A stretch of 48,829 nt of DNA from Phoronis australis (Eukaryota; Animalia; Phoronida), in assembly GCA_002633005.1 (NCBI GenBank), contig NMRA01000014.1:1852205-1901033 (forward strand), given 5' to 3'. Made by a program: the position numbers and the translations under genes. Within the stretch, counting starts at the first letter, position 1. Each line of letters begins with the position of its first letter. This document shows positions 25,231 through 48,829 of the stretch, piece after piece. The notes below the pieces were generated by a model, which was not told the origin of the DNA, did not search any database, and saw only the letters and a list, made by a program, of their open reading frames with translations.

Positions 25231-25310
25231 ATCTTAGTATAATATATAATAATAATATATATAGATTATTACATGACGAAGTCGTTATCCCCCGTTATCT
25301 AGAGCCCGAG

Positions 25311-25374
25311 TGGATTTTGGAGAATTATCGCCCGAGGGGCGGTAGCCCCGAGGGTGATAATTCTACAAAATCCA
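25311..25374. repeat. Inverted-repeat hairpin
   Basis: Arms TGGATTTTGGAGAATTATCGCCC and GGGTGATAATTCTACAAAATCCA (21/23 complementary) around an inner GGGGC-GGTA-GCCCC stem-loop. Confidence 0.8.
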
Positions 25375-27119
25375 ATTTAAAGAATCAGACAACAACAAAT
25401 AACACTGACGTGAAACTCATGGCATGAAAACGAGGCAGCAAGTGAGCCTGGCGTATGTTTACGGCATTGTGGGTAAATACAGTGAGATTTGAGTGTCGCC
25501 GTGTAATCCGGAATGCCCGGGATCCTAGCCGGTGTCAAAAACCTAAAATAAATTATTGAGCCTAATCTAATGACACAATGTGAGGGGCTGAGAGTGGAGT
25601 GTTTTGCTTGGTTAAAATAATGAGCTACTGTGTAGCAATGTAGATTTCTGTCCACCGTCAAAATTGGGTCCGGGATCAATCCGAAGCCACTTTCGTGCTT
25701 TCATTACTCTCGAGAGCACTAATGTGAAAAGTCCCCTATTTTACATACTTTTTTGAAAAGAAGACACTTCATAGGCACGAAAGAACGGTAGCCATCTTGG
25801 ATTTAATTATGGCCGCAACTATGAAATGAATGAGTTACCAGAGGGAGGTCACTAAAAACAGGTAGGTAAATTGTCAGTGATGTGTGGTACATGTATCTGA
25901 GAGATAGGTAATATCATGACAAAAGTGCTATATTGTATCTGGGACATAGGTGAGTGCTGTATTGTATCTGGGACATACAGTAGGTGACACCATGACACAA
26001 TTTTATTTCTTTTCAGCGATATGTTAATCTAAAATGGCTGCCAAAAATGAGTACTTTTGCAATGTTCATAATCTGTGTCACCGGAGAATTTGACAAATAC
26101 GTTTTGTCACACGAATTCGACTCGAGATAAAAACGTTTGTACATGTACATTCTGATGAAGCTAACCCAGTGCATTTCAAAACTGCTAAACCACACATTAA
26201 ATTCTCGCGAATTTTTTACGACTGGTCTTTTATTGACAGATCCTTCTTGTCTTCCATGTCGATTGTACCCTGTTGGATGCCGCAGACCTGTATTGTTTTA
26301 TCCAACAAAAATGCAACAAAGGAAACCAATGATAGCATCCTATACATGTAGGTGATAACCATGCGACACGTTTCTGCCCGTCGCATGGATTTCGCAAGTT
26401 AAACAATACCTTTTGACCTCCATACGACGTCATTTGGCAGGGGAACTGCTATTTTTATTGATATTGAATACACGGTAGTGCTGTGGCGTTTTTCTGCAAT
26501 CTTTTGCCGTAAAGAGGCTCAGCTCAACAATCCCTCGTCTGGATATTTCAGTGTATGTCGATAGAAGTTGTCACGAGCTACAGCACAGGCCCGTTATTAA
26601 CTGATCTTACTGTTCTCGAGGTGTTCGAGAATTACTGACGACTAAGGACAGACCAAGAGACGCTGTGCACAGACTCTGTGAAATATTGGTCTCAGGATAG
26701 AAGAACATGCCAAATGGATGCTACCACGTTAATACGATAAAAATCTCATTTTTTTTTCTCTCAACACGAACTTTGCGCCCAACTATGCTTAACCTTTAAA
26801 TTGCCTCAAGGTTTTTTATTGGCACTGGACACAAGACGACGCTGTGTCGTCACGTTGTCATCTTTTTGCTTTAGGATCCATATTACTGTAGTCCTTGGTT
26901 ATTCATGTATTCAGTTTTGACACATACATGTCATAAAGTTATGCAGCTGAAAGCGCAATCGCTATTGGAAAGACGGCAGACTGTTTTGATGATTCACCAG
27001 CGACAGTGCAGTATGAGTAACAAAGACTTACACGAATTCTATCTTGGACAATACTTCCAACCCAACACAAACAATTTCAAAGAACAATTCTCATTACATG
27101 GCCACCGTCCATCTGGGAA

Positions 27120-27200
27120 GCACCCAGAAATCCTTTATCCTCCCTCACTTTGACCTCACTTTGACTACTGCGATATTGTATAGAACAACTTGAACATCTT
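27120..27200 (+). mobile_element. LINE (CR1/L2-like) ORF2 C-terminal relic
   Basis: KSFILPHFD..YCDIV* resembles the LPHxDYCxxVW motif of LINE ORF2; disrupted by an 11-bp duplication (cctcactttga) and a stop. Confidence 0.4.
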
Positions 27201-27725
27201 CAATGCTAAAATACTAAGCTACCAACACATCTACAATTAAAGGGGCCATTATGGACTTCAGCGAATTTAAGCTATTTGACTTACTGAAGCGGGTAACCCT
27301 AGCTATTTGCCGAAAACTACATATTGTATTTACATATTCAAGATAAACCACAGGATAGCTGTACGAAACCCACACACATACAAAAGTGATGCAAAACGCA
27401 CACAAAATATTCATTTTGCTCTAAGATGGTGGCACGTGACTTTTCTATAGTCAGATCTCTACTAAAAGTCATTTGTTAATCGATGCTGGCTTCGAGCACT
27501 TCTCTTCTGCCTGAACATTGATGATGCGTTCCTGGCACTCAGCGGCCTCTGGCTAGGTTGTAGATCCAGATAACTCGGATTCTCCAATGGTAAAAATACT
27601 CTAAGGAAAATAATTGAAGATGACAATTGACACAGTTGATTGACTTCGCCGATTGCGTCGACTCAACCGGCTAAGACATCTTATTGGTTCTTGATGACGA
27701 CTTCTGACTTTCAAACCAATCAGAC

Positions 27726-30083
27726 CAGTGGCGGATCTACGGGGGAGTTCAGGGGGTTTAACCCCACCCCCTCTCGGGCCAGGACCCAAAAATTAAAAAA
27801 AAAACAAAAGCGTATCCAGCAAAACAAAAAGGGCACCGCCAGCGTGTGTAAACCCCAAGTAAACCAACTTGGAAAAAATTGAGGGGGGGTTCACTCTGAA
27901 AGTATAGTTTTTTGCATTGTGAATTGCTGAGTCTTTGTGGGTCATCGGCAAAACGCGCGGGGATTAATTGTGCGCGCACTTCCGTCGACACTTCTGAAGT
28001 AGCCAAGCATTTTAGATGGATTCACCGCTGAAAGAGCAGTTCTATAGCTGATTTCTTTTGGTAACTCTAAGATATATTTTGATTTTTGTTAGGGAAAATA
28101 CTGCGGTGCCGCAACCCTGATATTCAGGCGAATTGGCGTGCAACGTTTTTACCTCATCTGTCATGCCGTTTCTTTCTATTACACTCCACACGTTTGTAAC
28201 TGATGTATAGTAAAGTTGCCTTGCGGAATATCTTACAGTGTACATGTACATGTAATATTTTTGAAAAAAAAAATTCCGAAGAATTGCTATTGTGGCGGGC
28301 GCCGTGGTCTGGTCACGAGTCCGTTTGAAGACATACTCTGTAACAAGTTATGTCTATACAAGGAATGACCAAGGGGGCACTCACATTGAGAAAGTGACTG
28401 CATTCGCGAAAAGTGTACAGTACCAGAAATTGCGGGGAGACTGTTCTTTCATAACAAAGTCTTGCGGGACTCGTGCGATGTTCAATCGGCCTCCCAAGGA
28501 GCCCTAGTTCCGAACTCAACACCTACCGTCTGTCTACCTGCAATAAGCACACTGCCGTCTTCTATACTGGGAATTTTCGCACAAAGGCTCACCCGATGAA
28601 ACGCTCATGCCCATGGACATTTATTTGATATTAGTACTTCGGGTTTCAAGCGTTCAGACATTGGGACGTTTATTTCGAAAATTGCAAGAGATGCAAATAG
28701 GTCCTGGGATGCTTCGTCAAGGTTTAAAGTAGTCGATGATGAACTGATCAAATTTAGTTGCGCATGTAAGTCTTTTGAATGGACTTGGCAACCTCAAGGG
28801 TCTTAGTGTCAACTGAGCTGCGAAACGAGATACTGATATTGTAGAGGCTTACAAGCTCATTGACACAACAGTTGATGAAGTGCAAGCGTTGGGAACAAAC
28901 AACGAAGATATCTGGGTAGAATGGTTCCAAGACGAGCAAATCATTGGATCCGATATACAAATTCCTCGGCAGTCTAGACAACAGAAGGATAGGACTAACG
29001 TATGAGTAACCACTGGAGATTAAAATTTTAAAGAGAAGTTTTCAATTCAAAATTTTTTGCATAGTACACTTTAGATCTCGCGACGGACCAGACCAGCTTT
29101 GTTTGTGTAAATGTTGAGTTTCAGTGTACTTCTGGTCCCTCGGCGAACTAGTCTTGTGATTTTTTTTACCAAAGTGTGCTTTGTAAAACTATTTATCTCA
29201 GCCAGTACTGTTTGGTCCCGCAACAGATCGACTATTTCTATAGGGATAATAAGCACAGGTGTACTCTTGGTCTCGTGACGGACCAGGTCAGCTTTTTGTG
29301 TACTCTCAGTGTACATCTGGTCCCTCTGCAAACTAGTCCAGAGTATCTTTTCACCACTGTGCACAGGATATTTTGGTTTTGTGAAACTGTTTTCAGATGA
29401 TTTGTTTCCTGATAGATTTGACGTTTTTCAATTGTTGTCAACGTGATTCAGGTTAATAAAGTGATACCTAATTATTTATTGTCACTTTTAATAATAGACT
29501 ATGAGTTGAGAGCACCATCGTTCGCCAGTTTTTCTCGTAACGAGACAGCACACATGTTTATTTCCGTACTAACAGTACAGGTCTTCGTTCTTAAACAACT
29601 TGAGGCTGGTGTTACGCGATCATCTGATATTCAAGTTTTTACGCCCCGTCGGTGCTCCTTAATTATGCTCTTGAATATTTGGAAATTGTCTAAACCCCTG
29701 TATACACACCACACTTTTTCGTATACGACTTTTCGTATGCTAAAAAAGGTGTGTGTAAGCAGATGTTCCAACAAAAATTTTTGCTGGTGGCGTGACTCAT
29801 ACCCAGATGTGCACAATATGGTTTCACGAAACTTATGAGCCAAGTTCATGTGACGAAATCGAGAAGGGTTTTTAATTATTTTAAGAAAAACTCCAGAGAC
29901 ATGTTAAGTGCCAGAAACTTACCAGGATGCATGGAATTTTCACTATTTGGCTACAAAAACAAAAAAATGTCTTACACGGGAGGGGAAACCCCCCTGCCGA
30001 CCTCCCCCCCGCTCGGCGCCACGCGCATAGGATTCGACCTTGGCGGGAATCTTTAACCCCCCCTTGCTGAAAACGTAGATCCG

Positions 30084-30089
<6 letters not shown>
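27726..30089 (+). mobile_element. hAT-like DNA transposon, 2364 bp, 16-bp TIRs, 5-bp TSD
   Basis: TIR CAGTGGCGGATCTACG (27726-27741) / CGTAGATCCGCTACTG (30074-30089), 15/16 match; TSD CAGAC at 27721-27725 and 30090-30094; internal transposase relic. Confidence 0.85.
28690..29000 (+). pseudogene. Degenerate hAT transposase fragment (ZMYM1/THAP12-like)
   Basis: LGNLKGLSVN*..KRDTDIVEAYKLIDTTVDEVQAL....IWVEWFQD..IIGSDIQIPRQSRQQKDRTN resembles the LS..LQ....D...A....../PR...RQ..R.N region of hAT transposases; contains stops and frameshifts. Confidence 0.6.
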
Positions 30090-47113
<17,024 letters not shown>

Positions 47114-48829
47114 GTTACGGCCAGTACACAGTGGTATGTGATTACTTAACAGTTCACATCTGAACTCACGCACGTACAATGTATTCAATTTGGTGAAAGA
47201 CTTCACTCTTCTAGCAAACTGAATCCATGGGTTTCCCTTCGTAGTTATCGTTACAATTAATTGGTGACCCGGTGTGCACGTATGCTTTATCGGTAATTTC
47301 TTTTTCTAAGAATAGTTGTACAACCTATGCTGCGTGTAATCAATAATTTCCTTACTGAGGTCAAGTAATACCATGACCTCCTACGATACTATCAAGGACA
47401 GCATTGTAAAGGAATTTCAAGGCGATTTTAATTGTACCAAAAGGCGTAGGGGCACCATCCCGGCTACGCACAGGCGTCCGATGAGAGCCCTTCCCCCCCC
47501 CCCCNGCCCCAGCCTCCACAGCCTCTGGGCACTGATCGGATGATAAAAACACATTCGCCGTCATGGACTTTCAGGGCTCGGCTCAGTTGATGATTCAAGT
47601 TTCATCGTTGGCATGACGTCAAGACTGCATTATTCATCCAGCGCAGATACCTGGAATGATGTAGCATAAAGCGGATGAAGCCTACGGAGCCATGGTGCCC
47701 ATTCCAAGAAACTGACTTAAGATCATTTTTGTCTAAGATTTGGTCTCAAATTCAAAACTTTGAAACTTTCACGATGTGTAAAATAGTCAAAATTTAGACA
47801 AAACTTTAGTTAAAAACTTAAGTCAACCATAAGATCTCCGAGTCCTTTTTGAAATGGTCTATACACACTTTAAGTTTAATCTGAAAATTGACTGAAAGTT
47901 AAGATCTATGTTAGCTAAGTCAGTTTTTTTGGAACGGGCCCCTCGGCTTTCGCCTACGGTGGAGGCAGCTGCTGTTGACCCCACTTGATTTTGCCGCACC
48001 CCGGCGAGATCTACCCGAGTTTTAAAGAAGACAAAGAAACTGGCGTTGCGGCAAATTTCGTTGTTAAATTCATACATGTTACCTGAAACAAAGTCTCAGG
48101 TAATGTTGTGTGCAAACAATTGCAACAAGGCCCTACGATTAGTTGCACGAAGACAATATTGTTAAATTAATTACATATACGACAGTTTTGTCTATTTCGC
48201 CAAGGGTGACTTTGGGAGTTCGAAACTGAGCTATTTTCTTTTCATAGAAAGGAACGTCAGAATGTCACGATTCATAAATTTTCTATAATTTAAAACCGCG
48301 CGCATGGTTGCAAAATAATGAACCCATTTTGACAGAATGATACCTAGCTGTTCCTGTTCTCTTTCAGATTACTATGGATTAATAAACTGTTGATCCATAA
48401 ACCCTGTGCTAAAGGCTGTATAGGTTTATGGAACGAATCCCAAAAAGAAGCCTAGCCTAGGAAACTTTGCTATATAGCGGGGGTGCAACCGGCCTCCTCT
48501 GGCCCCGGCAGTCGACTCCACATAACGCGAAGTTGTCGTGAGGACTCGATTGGGACCTCAGGGGTCTCACGCTCCACCGGCTAATTTGAAAAGGCTTTGT
48601 CCAGTCACGCGTTGTGGGTCATAAATCGAGATAATGATACCAACAGCTGACGCGACAAGCAGAACTACTTTCTTTTACTTCATTTGTGCACTAACTGGAG
48701 AAATTTAGAATTAGACTTTTAAACACTATCCGATCGTCAACTTTTTTCGGGAGACTTAAATCTCAATGTAGTTTGCGCAAAGACGATGTGCAATTTTTGG
48801 AGGTGTATTGACGATGATCAACGTTAAAA

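Overview
This is intron-rich, AT-rich eukaryotic genomic DNA. The repeat content suggests a marine invertebrate (inference), and there are no prokaryotic features. Most of the supplied ORFs are spurious. Manual exon stitching on the minus strand reveals a head-to-tail tandem array of three paralogs of poly(A)-specific ribonuclease (PARN, CAF1/DEDDh family). Copy A (exons 1-3, 36..1693) runs off the left edge. Copy B (13 coding exons, 5575..20126, 441 aa) is complete. Copy C (13 coding exons, 30084..47113, 421 aa) is also complete. B and C keep the DEDDh catalytic residues and the R3H-region insert but end right after the nuclease domain, with no RRM/cap-binding region, and they carry different substitutions at predicted base-contacting positions. 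The last exon of C is interrupted by a 2.36 kb TIR element with a hAT transposase relic and a 5-bp TSD, and its TIR supplies the stop codon. Introns and spacers hold several MITEs with 5-bp TSDs, a THAP-encoding TIR element split by a nested insertion with a 9-bp TSD, LINE relics, a tandem duplication, microsatellites and a strong excess of the palindrome TACATGTA.
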